Part shown: piece after piece, positions 1-9,856 of the stretch
How the letters are laid out: each line of letters opens with the position of its first letter
Position numbering within the stretch: position 1 is the first letter of the stretch
From: Bacteroidales bacterium
Lineage (GTDB): Bacteria > Bacteroidota > Bacteroidia > Bacteroidales > F082
DNA: 64,000 nt
Assembly (NCBI GenBank): GCA_018400955.1
Contig: JAGYLH010000004.1
Coordinates: 3,350-67,349, forward strand
Direction: 5' to 3'
The notes under the pieces: model-generated
The model's database searches: none
The model's input: only the letters and a program-made list of their open reading frames with translations
Told to the model about the DNA's origin: nothing
Program-made: the position numbers and the translations under genes

Positions 1-2234
1 TCAACATCAAGGACCACGAAGACCGTTTTGCCCTGACTGCACTGCCTTTAGGACCTGCCTTTAAGCAGGAATTTCCCGAAGTAAATCAAATGGTGCGGTT
101 GGCACAAATGCCGACAATTTTAATCCGTTTTGAAGGAAAAGAATTTTATGAAGAAGATTTCTATTATGTCGATTCAACCATGTTCGATATTTTCAGCCAC
201 GAATTTATCTATGGTAATCCGGCCAATACGCTTGATCATATTGGATCGGTAGTACTTACCGAAACCCTTGCCCGGAAATACTTTGGTGATGAAAACCCTG
301 TTGGTCAAATAATGGAAACGGATGCCGGCTTTCCGATCAAAGTAACAGGCGTTATCCGGGATGTGCCCGAAAATTCACATCTGCGCTTTGATGGCCTTGT
401 TTCGCTGATAAGTGCCTTACGCGACAATCCGCAATTGCTGCACAGCCTCGATCCCAATATGTTCTGGAACGTGAATGTAATGACCTATGTTAGTTTGCAC
501 GAAGGCAGTTCGCCTGAAGGTATTTATGCGCGTTTTCCGATGTTTTTTGAAAAGTATATGAAATCGCTTGGCGATCAGCTTAATGCCACTTTCCGACCTG
601 TACTCACCCCTTTGGCAATGGTGCATATGCAAGGCGGATACCAATCGGATTTACCTATTGGCAACAAGTCCTACCTTTACATTTTCGCGCTTGTAGGCGT
701 GTTTATTCTTATGCTTGCCATCATCAATTATATGAACATGGCCACGGCACGCTCGGTGAGCCGTTCGCGCGAAGTAGGTATTCGAAAAGTGGCCGGGGCA
801 CACAGGGGGCAGTTGATCATACAGTTTCTTACAGAATCGATGGTAATGGCTATCGTAGCCTTTGTGATAGCGCTGGCAGCCGCACAACTATTGCTGCCCA
901 ACTTCAACCAGTTGGTTGATAAAAACCTGAGCTTGAGCTTCGTTGAGAACCCGGGCTTGTTTTTGTTAATCGTTGGAATTGTTTTGCTTGTTGGTTTTGT
1001 TTCAGGAAGCTATCCTGCATTTTATCTTTCTTCTGTGAAACCAAGCAGTGTTATTAAAGGAGTTTTAACAAGCGGTAAGGGCCGAGGCAGTTTGGTTCGC
1101 AAGGTGCTTGTGGTTTACCAATTCTGGATTGCCATTGCCATGCTTATCAGTACGATTGTCATTTCGTCGCAAATGGACTATATCAGGCAGAAAGACCTCG
1201 GGTTTGAGAAAGAGAATCTGCTTTTTATACAAATGCAGGACAGCAGCTTTCGCAACAAGCACGAAGCATTTGGGCGCGAATTATTAACAAACACGGCCAT
1301 AACGGGTGTTACCAATGCTTCTGGTTTGCCTGGCCTGAGCGGGGCCAAAATCATTATGCGTACCGAAACAGATGAAGGATGGGATGAAAAAGTGTTGATG
1401 TTGTTACAAACCGATTATGACTATGTTGATGTGATGGGAATGCGGCTTGTTGAAGGCAGGAACTTCGACCGCAGCATGGCTACCGACAGCGAACAGGCTG
1501 CCATTATCAATCAGGCAACGGCTCAAGCATTGGGTTGGGACGGACGAGCCCTGGGCAAGCGGATACATTTCAATTTTGAGCCCGACGGCAGTGGCGGCAG
1601 GATGTTAAAAGTGGTTGGTGTGGTAGCCGATTTTCATGGCACAAGCCTGCACAACCCCATTGAACCTTTTATCATAATGATTGGCCAGAGCCCAGGGTTT
1701 ACCATGGCCGTCAGGTTTAATGCCAGCCAACAAAAGCAAGCGATTGAACACCTCCAGCATGTGTGGTTGGATTATGCCGGTGCTAAACCTTTCGATTACC
1801 GCTTGCTCAGCACGGAGCTGGAAAAGCAATACAGCAATGAGCGAAAGACAAGTGTTTTATTTGCCATTGCGTCAGCCATTTCCATTTTTATTGCTTTGCT
1901 GGGATTGCTTAGCTTATCGGCCTATACGGCTGAGCAACGTACAAAAGAGATAGGGATACGCAAAGTGTTGGGAGCCTCGCCCATGGATTTGGCTTTGTTG
2001 CTTTACAAAAGCTTTATCATGCTGATTGCTGTAGCTTTTGTGCTGGCTGTTGCACCCACTTGGTATGCCCTGAACTGGTGGCTCGAAAGCAATTTTGCCT
2101 TCCATATTGATGTAAAATGGACCACCTTTATAATTGCGGGTTTGCTGGCCTTCGCAGCCGGATTGATAGCAGTAAGTTATCAATTGTTTAGGGTAATCCG
2201 GAACAATCCGGTTGAAGCCATTCAGTACGAATAA
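1..2234 (+). CDS. FtsX/MacB-type ABC transporter permease with two FtsX modules; 5' end lies outside the window
   Basis: The frame of ORF 90..2234 stays open back to nt 3 (NIKDHEDRFALTALPLGPAFKQEFPEVNQ precedes the first Met), so the gene is cut by the window edge. Two FtsX signatures are present (REVGIRKVAGAHRGQLIIQFLTES and KEIGIRKVLGASPMDLALLLYKSF), each embedded in hydrophobic helices. Confidence 0.85.
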   Translation, partial: NIKDHEDRFALTALPLGPAFKQEFPEVNQMVRLAQMPTILIRFEGKEFYEEDFYYVDSTMFDIFSHEFIYGNPANTLDHIGSVVLTETLARKYFGDENPVGQIMETDAGFPIKVTGVIRDVPENSHLRFDGLVSLISALRDNPQLLHSLDPNMFWNVNVMTYVSLHEGSSPEGIYARFPMFFEKYMKSLGDQLNATFRPVLTPLAMVHMQGGYQSDLPIGNKSYLYIFALVGVFILMLAIINYMNMATARSVSRSREVGIRKVAGAHRGQLIIQFLTESMVMAIVAFVIALAAAQLLLPNFNQLVDKNLSLSFVENPGLFLLIVGIVLLVGFVSGSYPAFYLSSVKPSSVIKGVLTSGKGRGSLVRKVLVVYQFWIAIAMLISTIVISSQMDYIRQKDLGFEKENLLFIQMQDSSFRNKHEAFGRELLTNTAITGVTNASGLPGLSGAKIIMRTETDEGWDEKVLMLLQTDYDYVDVMGMRLVEGRNFDRSMATDSEQAAIINQATAQALGWDGRALGKRIHFNFEPDGSGGRMLKVVGVVADFHGTSLHNPIEPFIIMIGQSPGFTMAVRFNASQQKQAIEHLQHVWLDYAGAKPFDYRLLSTELEKQYSNERKTSVLFAIASAISIFIALLGLLSLSAYTAEQRTKEIGIRKVLGASPMDLALLLYKSFIMLIAVAFVLAVAPTWYALNWWLESNFAFHIDVKWTTFIIAGLLAFAAGLIAVSYQLFRVIRNNPVEAIQYE

Positions 2235-2247
2235 ACAGGCGGGCAGG

Positions 2248-5200
2248 CTATAAATACTTGGCCAATGCTGCCATCAAATCCTGTTTGCGGATTGGTTTGG
2301 TCAGGTAATCATCGCAGCCGGCATCGATGGCCTTGTGCTTGTCGGCACTCAGGGCATAAGCCGTTTGAGCAATAATAGGCAGATTGGGCCGCAGGGCCTT
2401 TATTTGTTTTGTAGCTTCAAAACCATTTAGTACAGGCATTTTCAAATCCATCAATACCAAATCAATCAACGGGTTAGATTTAATTATTTCGATAGCCTCC
2501 TGGCCGTTGTGGGCTACAATAGGTACAATTCCCATTTTGCTAAACATCAGTTCAAGGAAAAAATAATTGCTGTATTCGTCCTCAACAATCAGTATGGTTT
2601 TCTTGTCGTCCTTATCCAGTTCCTTCATGGTATTCATGGTTTTTTTCCCTTCTTTTTTATGCAGTGGTTTATAAGCAATTGTAAAATGAAAACGCGATCC
2701 CTGTCCGGTACTCGATTCCACCCATATTTCGCCACCCATTAGTTCGGCATAAGCCTTGGTAATGGCCAATCCCAAACCATTGCCTCCATAGAGTTTTGAT
2801 GAATCTGGTTCAATTTGTCTGAAACGTTCAAAAATGTCGCGGTGAAATTCTTTTGGAATACCAATTCCTGTATCGTTTACACAGAAATGGAGCATATCAC
2901 CTTTTAAGGAACACGTGATTCTTATGTTGCCTTTTTCAGTAAATTTAATGGCATTGCCAGCCAGGTTTCCCAACATTTGGGTAAGTTTTGTTTCATCGCA
3001 AAACACCTGTGCCTCTGTTTCGTCAAGTGTATTCTCAATTATAAACTCAAGTGCCTTGAGATTAGTAGCTTTAAGATACTGCTGGTGAACAACCTCTATA
3101 ACTTCACTGACATTGGTTTCCATTTCTCTCAACACCTCCTGTCCGGCTTCGATGGTAGCCATGCTCACAATATCGTTGATAATACTGGCCAGTTGGAAGC
3201 CGTTTCTCTGAATAATGGCTACAAATTTTCTTTGCTCTTCCCTATCCAGGTCGGGGCCGCCCAAAAAATCGCCGAACCCTATGATGGCATTCAGGGGTGT
3301 GCGTATTTCGTGCGAAAGATTGTTCAAAAAAGCTGTTTTTAAGCGGTCGCTTTCCTGCGCTTTTTCTACTGCTGTCAGCAAGTTTTCGTTTGTGGTTTTC
3401 AACTCCTCGTTCACACTCATATACTCCTCGTTCAAGGCGCAGTATTCCTCATTCTGTGCCTCAATGGCCTGTTGCTTTTCAAGCAATTCTATTTCGGCCT
3501 GTTTATGTTCGGTAAAATCAGTGTGAATGCCAAATAATCGAATTACCTTGCCTTCATTATTAATTAATGAAGATGCTTTGTTGTGTATCCACCGATAAGT
3601 TCCATCTTTGTGGCGAAACCTGAAATCAAGCACAAAGTGTTCAACAGGCTGCTTGAGGTAGGAATAAACTGCATCCTGGCAAGATTCCCTTTCATCAGGA
3701 TGAAGGTGTTCAACCCATGTATTGAAATCATTTTTCAATTCATGATCTTCATAGCCAATTTGTTTTTTCCATTGCTCAGAATAATAAACTTCGTTGGTAT
3801 CAACATGCCAATCCCATATCCCTTGTTCTGAAGCCGCAATTACAAGTGCATACCTTTCTTCGCTTACTTCAAGTGCATGTTGCGCCTCTCTTTCAGCCGT
3901 TTGATCGCGAAAAACCAGCACCACACCCAATATTTCCCCTTCAGCTGAAATGATGGGAGCACCGCTGTCTGCAACAGGGATTTCATGGCCTTGCTTGCTG
4001 ATAAGCAGTGTGTGATTTGCCAGTCCCACTATTTTGCCCTCAGCAAGCACACGCTCCACCGGGTTTTGCACTATTTGTCTGCTCTGCTCGGCCATTATAT
4101 TAAACACTTTCCCTATCGCTTTTCCTGCCGCCTCTTTTTCATTCCATCCAGTAAGCCTTTCAGCAACGGGATTCATTTGCATAACAACACCTTTTGTATC
4201 GGTGGTAATAACGGCATCCCCAATGCTGTAAAGCGTTGTCCTGTTGCGCGTTTCGGAATTGGTTAATGCCAGCTCCTGGGCAAGCAGGTATTTGTAAAAA
4301 CCTCGTTGCCTGAAACTATAAATTGACACCAGGCTTGCGGAAGTAATAAAAATAAGCAGCAGGCCTGTTAATAAAATAATACCTGTTCGAAAATTAAGCT
4401 CTTTATAAAGCTCTGATTTATCAATTTTTACAACCATATACCAAGGCATATCCTTTAGTTGATGCACATAGGAGAGTACGGCCTTACCCCTGTAGTCATC
4501 GCCTTCGACAAATCCGGTAAATCCCAAAATGGCTTTAACGGCAGGCACCAGGGTGTCCGTTAATGGAATTTTCTTCTGCAAGGGTTGTTGAGATGAGTGG
4601 CGGGGCGAGTTGACAAAGACCGCAAAATCACCTTCACGCTTGGCAATAAGGCTTTCGGCAGTAGGGCTTTCTGTGGGCCAGGAGTTGATTATAGGAAAAA
4701 GCAAATCTTCAGGATCAATTCGGACTATAACAACCATTAAGGGATAAGGCAGGTTGTTCCAAACAGGCACAATGATGTCGTAGTGGTATTTGTTATGTTG
4801 GGTGCAAAAATAGATGTCCGTAAAATAAATCTTATCTGATTTAATTGCCTGACTGATTTGTCGGGCTGTTGTATCATCCAATACACTGTCTGTTTCAATT
4901 ACAGAAACCAGTAATTTGCCCGAAGTATCTGCCAATATCAAGTTGTCATAGCCATAATACTTATTAAACAATTGCAGTTGGGCATAAAAATCATGCTCTA
5001 AAATTGGGGTAATCCCTTGATTTTTCAATTGCTGAACAGCCCGCACAAAAAACGGGCTTTTTACCAAGACATTTGCGTCTGCATGGCGTTCCAAGTGCCA
5101 TTGGTTCAACTGATCGGCTTTGAGGCTTGCTATTCCTTTTAAATCATCCTTTTTCTCCTGAATTATGGATTGTTTTTGGGTGATGTAATATGCATAGGTG

Positions 5201-5277
5201 CCAATTGCTATAATCAGGCTAATCGCAATTGTTAAAAGAATAAAGAGCCGTTTACTGGATTGGTTGGCTGCGTTCAT
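2248..5277 (-). CDS. Hybrid sensor histidine kinase/response regulator (extracytoplasmic Cache-like sensor, PAS, HisKA, HATPase, REC)
   Basis: ORF 2248..5325. The start is probably Met17 at 5277 (MNAANQSSKRLFILLTIAISLIIAIG = first TM helix). A sensor region of about 270 aa lies between two TM helices, followed by PAS-like blocks. H-box FLNNLSHEIRTPLNAIIGF, ATPase boxes NDTGIGIP and GGNGLGLAITK, and a C-terminal receiver (ILIVEDE ... LMDLKMP ... TKP). Confidence 0.85.
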   Translation of the reverse strand: MNAANQSSKRLFILLTIAISLIIAIGTYAYYITQKQSIIQEKKDDLKGIASLKADQLNQWHLERHADANVLVKSPFFVRAVQQLKNQGITPILEHDFYAQLQLFNKYYGYDNLILADTSGKLLVSVIETDSVLDDTTARQISQAIKSDKIYFTDIYFCTQHNKYHYDIIVPVWNNLPYPLMVVIVRIDPEDLLFPIINSWPTESPTAESLIAKREGDFAVFVNSPRHSSQQPLQKKIPLTDTLVPAVKAILGFTGFVEGDDYRGKAVLSYVHQLKDMPWYMVVKIDKSELYKELNFRTGIILLTGLLLIFITSASLVSIYSFRQRGFYKYLLAQELALTNSETRNRTTLYSIGDAVITTDTKGVVMQMNPVAERLTGWNEKEAAGKAIGKVFNIMAEQSRQIVQNPVERVLAEGKIVGLANHTLLISKQGHEIPVADSGAPIISAEGEILGVVLVFRDQTAEREAQHALEVSEERYALVIAASEQGIWDWHVDTNEVYYSEQWKKQIGYEDHELKNDFNTWVEHLHPDERESCQDAVYSYLKQPVEHFVLDFRFRHKDGTYRWIHNKASSLINNEGKVIRLFGIHTDFTEHKQAEIELLEKQQAIEAQNEEYCALNEEYMSVNEELKTTNENLLTAVEKAQESDRLKTAFLNNLSHEIRTPLNAIIGFGDFLGGPDLDREEQRKFVAIIQRNGFQLASIINDIVSMATIEAGQEVLREMETNVSEVIEVVHQQYLKATNLKALEFIIENTLDETEAQVFCDETKLTQMLGNLAGNAIKFTEKGNIRITCSLKGDMLHFCVNDTGIGIPKEFHRDIFERFRQIEPDSSKLYGGNGLGLAITKAYAELMGGEIWVESSTGQGSRFHFTIAYKPLHKKEGKKTMNTMKELDKDDKKTILIVEDEYSNYFFLELMFSKMGIVPIVAHNGQEAIEIIKSNPLIDLVLMDLKMPVLNGFEATKQIKALRPNLPIIAQTAYALSADKHKAIDAGCDDYLTKPIRKQDLMAALAKYL

Positions 5278-5426
5278 AATGATTGATTTCAAACCAAAAG
5301 TAAGAATATTTGGTTCTGAAATCAATAAAGGCAGCTCAAATCACAGCCCCTGCTCACTATTAATATTAATTCTAAATAAGCTGTTTGCTTTTCGTTGCAC
5401 TTGGATGCAATAAGAAGGTGGGCTTT

Positions 5427-6182
5427 CTAAAAGTTGAGTTCCTTTTTGAGGTCCTTAATACGGTGCTTACTCACACTCACCTGGTTGCCATTTTTGAGTA
5501 TCAGCAGATAGCTTTCTTTGCCATATTGCTCCATGCGCTGTATTTGTTTCAGGCTGATAATATGTGATCGATGTACCCGCACAAACTGGTTGGAAGGCAG
5601 GTGCTCCTCAAAATAGTTCATGGTTTCCTTTTTCATAAAACGTCCGTCGGGGCAATGGATCATCACATAATCATCTTGTGCTTCAATCTGTTCGATTTGA
5701 TCAACAGGGATGATGTGAATTTTTGTGCCTGATTTCACCACGATACGGTCGAGCGATTGCGGTTTGTCGTGGAGGTGAGCCGAAAGCTTTTTTACATTAT
5801 CGCCGCCTGCATGTCTGGTTTTAAACCTGTCAATCACCTTATCAACGGCCTGCCGGAGCCTTTGTTTGGCAAAAGGTTTCATCAGGTAATCCACTGCATT
5901 GAGCTCAAAAGCCTGAATGGCATACTGGTCATAAGCTGTGGTAAAAATCACTTCAGGCAAATCGTCAAGCAGTTCAAGCATTTCGAAGCCGGTGAGTTTT
6001 GGCATTTGAATGTCGAGGAAGATAAGGTCGGGTTGGGTTTCGTTGATGGTTTTTAAGCCATTGAAGCCATCGCTGCATTCGCCAATCAAATCAATTTCGT
6101 CAAAATTACTCAAAAATGCACGCAAGAGGTCGCGGGCAGGTTGTTCGTCTTCAATGATCAGGGTACGTATTTTATTACTCAT
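5427..6182 (-). CDS. LytTR-family response regulator
   Basis: Receiver domain (IRTLIIEDEQPARDLL, FLDIQMPKLTGFE, MKPF) plus a LytTR DNA-binding domain (IHIIPVDQIEQIEAQDDYVMIH, VRVHRSHIISL). The start overlaps the upstream kinase stop by 8 nt. Confidence 0.9.
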   Translation of the reverse strand: MSNKIRTLIIEDEQPARDLLRAFLSNFDEIDLIGECSDGFNGLKTINETQPDLIFLDIQMPKLTGFEMLELLDDLPEVIFTTAYDQYAIQAFELNAVDYLMKPFAKQRLRQAVDKVIDRFKTRHAGGDNVKKLSAHLHDKPQSLDRIVVKSGTKIHIIPVDQIEQIEAQDDYVMIHCPDGRFMKKETMNYFEEHLPSNQFVRVHRSHIISLKQIQRMEQYGKESYLLILKNGNQVSVSKHRIKDLKKELNF

Positions 6183-7317
6183 TGTGCGCTCTTTTAGGGA
6201 TTTTCAAAACAGCCTCAAACTCAATTTTGCCCATATTGATCTTCAGTAAATCATCGCGTTTGTAGAGCAGTTGCATCCTTTCGCGGATGTTTCTCAAGCC
6301 GATGCCTTCGCCTTTCGGACGTATAGCTTCGGGGTCAAAATCGTTGATAAGGCGCAAGATATAAAAATTTTCATCTGGCTCGCAACGCAATTCGATGAGC
6401 ACTTCTTCGGTGCTGTTATGCACCCCGTGTTTGATGGCGTTTTCAAACAAAGGCTGCAGAATCATATTGGGGATACTCGCATTCAGGCAATCCTCATTAA
6501 TGTTCAGCTGATACTTCAAGCGATGGCCAAAGCGCACTTTCTCAATATCCAGATAACGCTCGGTGTTTTCCAGTTCACGCCTTAGCGTAGTGGTTTCCTT
6601 GCGGTCGTGGCTTAAGGAATAGCGCAGAAAATCGCTCAGCTTAATAACCATTTCCTGGGCCTTTTCGGGGTCGGTCATGGTAAGGGAGCTAATTGAATTT
6701 AAGCTGTTAAACAAAAAATGCGGATTTATTTGCGACTTCAACACATTGAGCTCGGCTTCGCGCACCAGATTGTTCAGTTCTGATTCAACAAGCATCTTTT
6801 GCTGCAAGTCTTCATAATACATAAACATATAGTAAACCAGTACAAAAACCAGGTAAAAGAACAAACCTATAATAGCTCGCCACGGCAAGGATTGCTGCAA
6901 AAATTGAAGGTAAAGCTCATTGTTGCTTTCCACGCTTTGGAGTATGAAGAAACCGGCCGTAAGCCAAAGAGCAACCGTAATTACCGCCGAAAGCACATGG
7001 TTTACTGCCAGGTCGAAGAAGCTCTGCTGTTCGCGCAGGTTAAAACGCAAAACATACCAAATATTGAAACCGATAAGGGCAAGCAGTGCATTAAAAATGG
7101 CAGCATCAGCAGCAGCAGCCGGTAGGTTGATATCCTGGAAGTAATTGATGATAGCCATTTGTAAAAGCGCAATCACAACAAATGCCCCCAGATAAATAAT
7201 CAGGTATTTGCGTTTCTTTACAATCGGATTTAACATAATCGGAAAAAGTGTGTGGTTGAACAGTGTTGTTTTTATTGACGGGGCTTGCGCCCAATATGTT
7301 ACAGTTGTCTCTGACAT
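6175..7317 (-). CDS. Sensor histidine kinase, LytS/YehU type
   Basis: Multi-helix hydrophobic N-terminus, then the characteristic LKSQINPHFLFNSLNSISSL motif and GHKL ATPase motifs (LQPLFENAIKHG, GEGIGLRNIRERMQLLY). An alternative start at Met28 (7236) is possible. Confidence 0.88.
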   Translation of the reverse strand: MSETTVTYWAQAPSIKTTLFNHTLFPIMLNPIVKKRKYLIIYLGAFVVIALLQMAIINYFQDINLPAAAADAAIFNALLALIGFNIWYVLRFNLREQQSFFDLAVNHVLSAVITVALWLTAGFFILQSVESNNELYLQFLQQSLPWRAIIGLFFYLVFVLVYYMFMYYEDLQQKMLVESELNNLVREAELNVLKSQINPHFLFNSLNSISSLTMTDPEKAQEMVIKLSDFLRYSLSHDRKETTTLRRELENTERYLDIEKVRFGHRLKYQLNINEDCLNASIPNMILQPLFENAIKHGVHNSTEEVLIELRCEPDENFYILRLINDFDPEAIRPKGEGIGLRNIRERMQLLYKRDDLLKINMGKIEFEAVLKIPKRAHNE

Positions 7318-7392
7318 TTAATTGATATTGAAAAAGACATGATCAACTGTATGCAATACAAATGGAGCCTGATATGCAATGGCACCTATGGG

Positions 7393-8118
7393 TTAATAGC
7401 TTTTAATCTCGACTCCACCAAACAACACCACCCCTTTTACGATCATAAGTTTTTCAGGATTGCGGTCAGCTGTGTGGATGCGTTTGTCGCTGAAGCCTCC
7501 AAAAATGGCCACCACTTCCGACTTTATCTGCCAATCATTGCTCACGATAAGTTTGTTTCCGCCGAAAAGGGTAAACACATCAATAACGCAACCCTCTTTT
7601 GAAGGCAATGCTGTTTTCATATCAATATCACTTCCGCCGAAGATGGCCGTAATTTTACCGCCTTTAAAGTTTTCTGAAGTGATGCGTGTGTTACCACCAC
7701 CAAAGATGGCCAATTCGTCAATCACATCTTCATCCGAAACCCCTTGCCTGTTCGAACCGCTGAAAATATGCTTTTTGGATTTCGATTCGCTGCTGCCACG
7801 ACGGCTCAGCATAATCAAACCTATACCGATTAAAATGCTGGGCCAGAAAATAGTGCTCAGGCGCACGCGGTAATCAAGCAGTTCGGGGAGCCAAAAGAAA
7901 AGACCAAGACCAATGAGGATATACCCTGTGGTTCGGTTTTCGCGGTTGGAGAGGGTTATCAAACCAATACCGATTAATAAGGTTTTCCACGAAATAATGT
8001 AATAGCGCAGGCTAAAAGGCAACAGATCAGCCATATCGAGCATCAACAACGCTCCGGCTACAATAAGCAGTATCCCGGCAACTGCCCGTCTGTCGATTGA
8101 AGTTTGTTTAGTTTCCAT
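7393..8118 (-). CDS. LiaF-like membrane protein (4 TM helices plus FGG-repeat C-terminal domain)
   Basis: Four hydrophobic helices, then five spaced (I/L)FGG repeats (AIFGGGN, AIFGGSD, TLFGGNK, AIFGGFS, VLFGGVE), as in the LiaF/DUF2154 C-terminal domain. It sits directly upstream of the kinase/LytTR pair. Confidence 0.6.
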   Translation of the reverse strand: METKQTSIDRRAVAGILLIVAGALLMLDMADLLPFSLRYYIISWKTLLIGIGLITLSNRENRTTGYILIGLGLFFWLPELLDYRVRLSTIFWPSILIGIGLIMLSRRGSSESKSKKHIFSGSNRQGVSDEDVIDELAIFGGGNTRITSENFKGGKITAIFGGSDIDMKTALPSKEGCVIDVFTLFGGNKLIVSNDWQIKSEVVAIFGGFSDKRIHTADRNPEKLMIVKGVVLFGGVEIKSY

Positions 8119-8161
8119 TAGAATAAGTTATTAAAAGGTTTAAAATTCAATGATTTTTTAG

Positions 8162-8169
8162 CAAACATA
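8162..8169 (-). promoter_or_regulatory. Candidate Bacteroidota -7 box (TATGTTTG on minus strand) for the LiaF-like/kinase/LytTR operon
   Basis: The reverse complement of caaacata matches TAnnTTTG, 43 nt upstream of the ATG at 8118. This is a motif match only. Confidence 0.3.
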
Positions 8170-8340
8170 CAAGCTTATCAGGCCTTTGTAAATAAAAAAT
8201 AGGTAAGTGGGGGAAACTAATCGGTGAATGGTGGTAAAACAGGGCCTAAAGCCATTTATTATTCAGTTTTGAAAGCTGGGATGAAAGCATATTTCAGCCA
8301 ATTGTGAAAGCTTACAGAACAAAACACCCAAAGTTGTGTT

Positions 8341-8348
8341 TAGATTTG
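8341..8348 (+). promoter_or_regulatory. Candidate -7 box (TAGATTTG) for the ferredoxin gene
   Basis: Matches TAnnTTTG, 15 nt upstream of ATG 8364. This argues against the GTG 8304 start used in the ORF track. Confidence 0.35.
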
Positions 8349-8363
8349 TTAAATATTGCAAAA

Positions 8364-8678
8364 ATGCCGGAGGTAAGATTTAAGGGGGAAAATATCAAAT
8401 GTGAAAAAGGTGCCAACCTGCGCAAAGTGCTGCTCGAAAATGGCCTCAGTCCGCACAATGGTAATTCGCGGGTGGTAAGTTGTTTTGGCATAGGCACTTG
8501 CGGCACTTGTGCCGTAAAGCTAACAGGCACAACAAATCCCATCAGTACAAAGGAAAAAATCAGGCTCAGTCTGGCACCCCATCAACTCAGCAACGGACTC
8601 CGGCTGGCCTGCCAGGTAAAAGTAACCCACGACTTGCTGGTGGAAAAAGGCGATGGCTTCTGGGGACAACACATTTAA
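8364..8678 (+). CDS. 2Fe-2S ferredoxin-like protein
   Basis: Cys cluster CFGIGTCGTCAV plus the distal LACQV, as in plant-type 2Fe-2S ferredoxin folds. About 104 aa from ATG 8364. Confidence 0.65.
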   Translation: MPEVRFKGENIKCEKGANLRKVLLENGLSPHNGNSRVVSCFGIGTCGTCAVKLTGTTNPISTKEKIRLSLAPHQLSNGLRLACQVKVTHDLLVEKGDGFWGQHI

Positions 8679-8681
8679 TCA

Positions 8682-9836
8682 TCAAAACGACCATTTCAAA
8701 CCAAGGTAACACGCCAATCCACCTTGAGCAAAAAGGCTGTTTTCGCGACCCTTAAACGCCTGTGCAACAAAACTCAAATCCAGGTTTGTAATTACTGACC
8801 AGCTGAAGCCGGGCATGGCAAACACTGCCCCCATATCAGGAAAATAGATCAAGGCCAGATTGCCAGAAAAAATGGGCGAGAATGGCATCATGGCACTGCC
8901 TGTTAAACTAAATTCGGAAAAACTGATGTTGTCGGGGCGCAAGGGCTGCAAAAACTGCAAAGCGTTGATCGGTTGTCGCTTGTTTCCCCCATTATAGAGG
9001 GCTTCGGCCACCACATACAACCCACCAACAAATAAATGATCAAAGGAAATGGCTGCCACAATATTGGATGATGGGATGCTGTCAACCAACTCAATATCAC
9101 GAAAATAAGTGGCTTCCCCTTTGAATCCGGTTCCACCCAGGCTGCCTGCCCAACCACCCCCAATGGCCAATCGGTTTTTGAAATACCCGCTGATCAATTG
9201 CACATCATAGCCCTTAATATTCGTCCCAAAAAGCAAGGCGGCCACCGCATCGCTGATATGTTCGGCAGGCGAAACAGCCAGCTCAATACGCGACATACCT
9301 CCCAAATAGCGCTCGATGCGTAATGCATCAGCACCGGGACGTTCTTCATAATCAAAATCAAAAAAGGAATAGGTGTTGAACAGGTCGTTGGGATTGGATA
9401 CCATATTGATGCCCCAGTTGATGCGTTGCCTTCCCAGTCGGATTTGCCAGTCCTGATTGCCCCATTGTACATACAGCCGGTCGCTCATGCTGTGCAAATA
9501 GCTGTGGTCAGCAAGCTTCCAGGTCTTGGAAAGATTCAAAAAACCGTTGTCCTGACCAATCATTTCACCAAAAAACGGATTGCCATTTGGGGTGTCGCCA
9601 CTAAAAATACGGTTTCGCAACTCAAAAACCGCACGCCATTCCTGATTGATTTGCCACCTGAAATTTAAGCGGTTGTGCAACAAATTATCAACATAAGCCT
9701 GATCAAAGTCCCTGCTAAAGGAAACAGAAGGCATTTCTTTGACGTAGCCCTGCATATAGAAGTTTGATTGCCCTAAAATAAATGCAGGCAGAAAAAGCGA
9801 CACAAAAAACGAAATCAACAGGCTATATACTTTCAT
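8682..9836 (-). CDS. Outer-membrane beta-barrel protein (porin / alginate-export-like), last gene of the ABC operon
   Basis: Signal peptide MKVYSLLISFFVSLFLPAFILGQ, alternating beta-strand pattern, C-terminal ...GLKWSF (aromatic terminal residue). The LGRQRINWG motif is one I associate with alginate-export/DUF1302-type barrels. The family assignment is unverified. Confidence 0.6.
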   Translation of the reverse strand: MKVYSLLISFFVSLFLPAFILGQSNFYMQGYVKEMPSVSFSRDFDQAYVDNLLHNRLNFRWQINQEWRAVFELRNRIFSGDTPNGNPFFGEMIGQDNGFLNLSKTWKLADHSYLHSMSDRLYVQWGNQDWQIRLGRQRINWGINMVSNPNDLFNTYSFFDFDYEERPGADALRIERYLGGMSRIELAVSPAEHISDAVAALLFGTNIKGYDVQLISGYFKNRLAIGGGWAGSLGGTGFKGEATYFRDIELVDSIPSSNIVAAISFDHLFVGGLYVVAEALYNGGNKRQPINALQFLQPLRPDNISFSEFSLTGSAMMPFSPIFSGNLALIYFPDMGAVFAMPGFSWSVITNLDLSFVAQAFKGRENSLFAQGGLACYLGLKWSF

Positions 9837-9856
9837 TATTAAAACAGCTTTTTGGT

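Noticed and set aside
8304-8363. N-terminal extensions in the ORF track: 8304 (GTG), 17183, 17673, 39244, 40038, 42805, 57732, 58268, 51197, 36948 and 5325.
   Set aside because: In each case a downstream in-frame ATG yields a clean signal peptide, lipobox or TM start, or follows a promoter box or terminator. The extension has no such features or overlaps a neighbouring element.
8676-8684. Convergent stop codons only 3 nt apart (ferredoxin versus barrel gene). Tight convergent pairs also occur at 2234/2248 and 24083/24104, with no terminator hairpin.
   Set aside because: This is noted as an oddity. Compact convergent ends are common, and there is no sequence evidence for a specific antisense mechanism.
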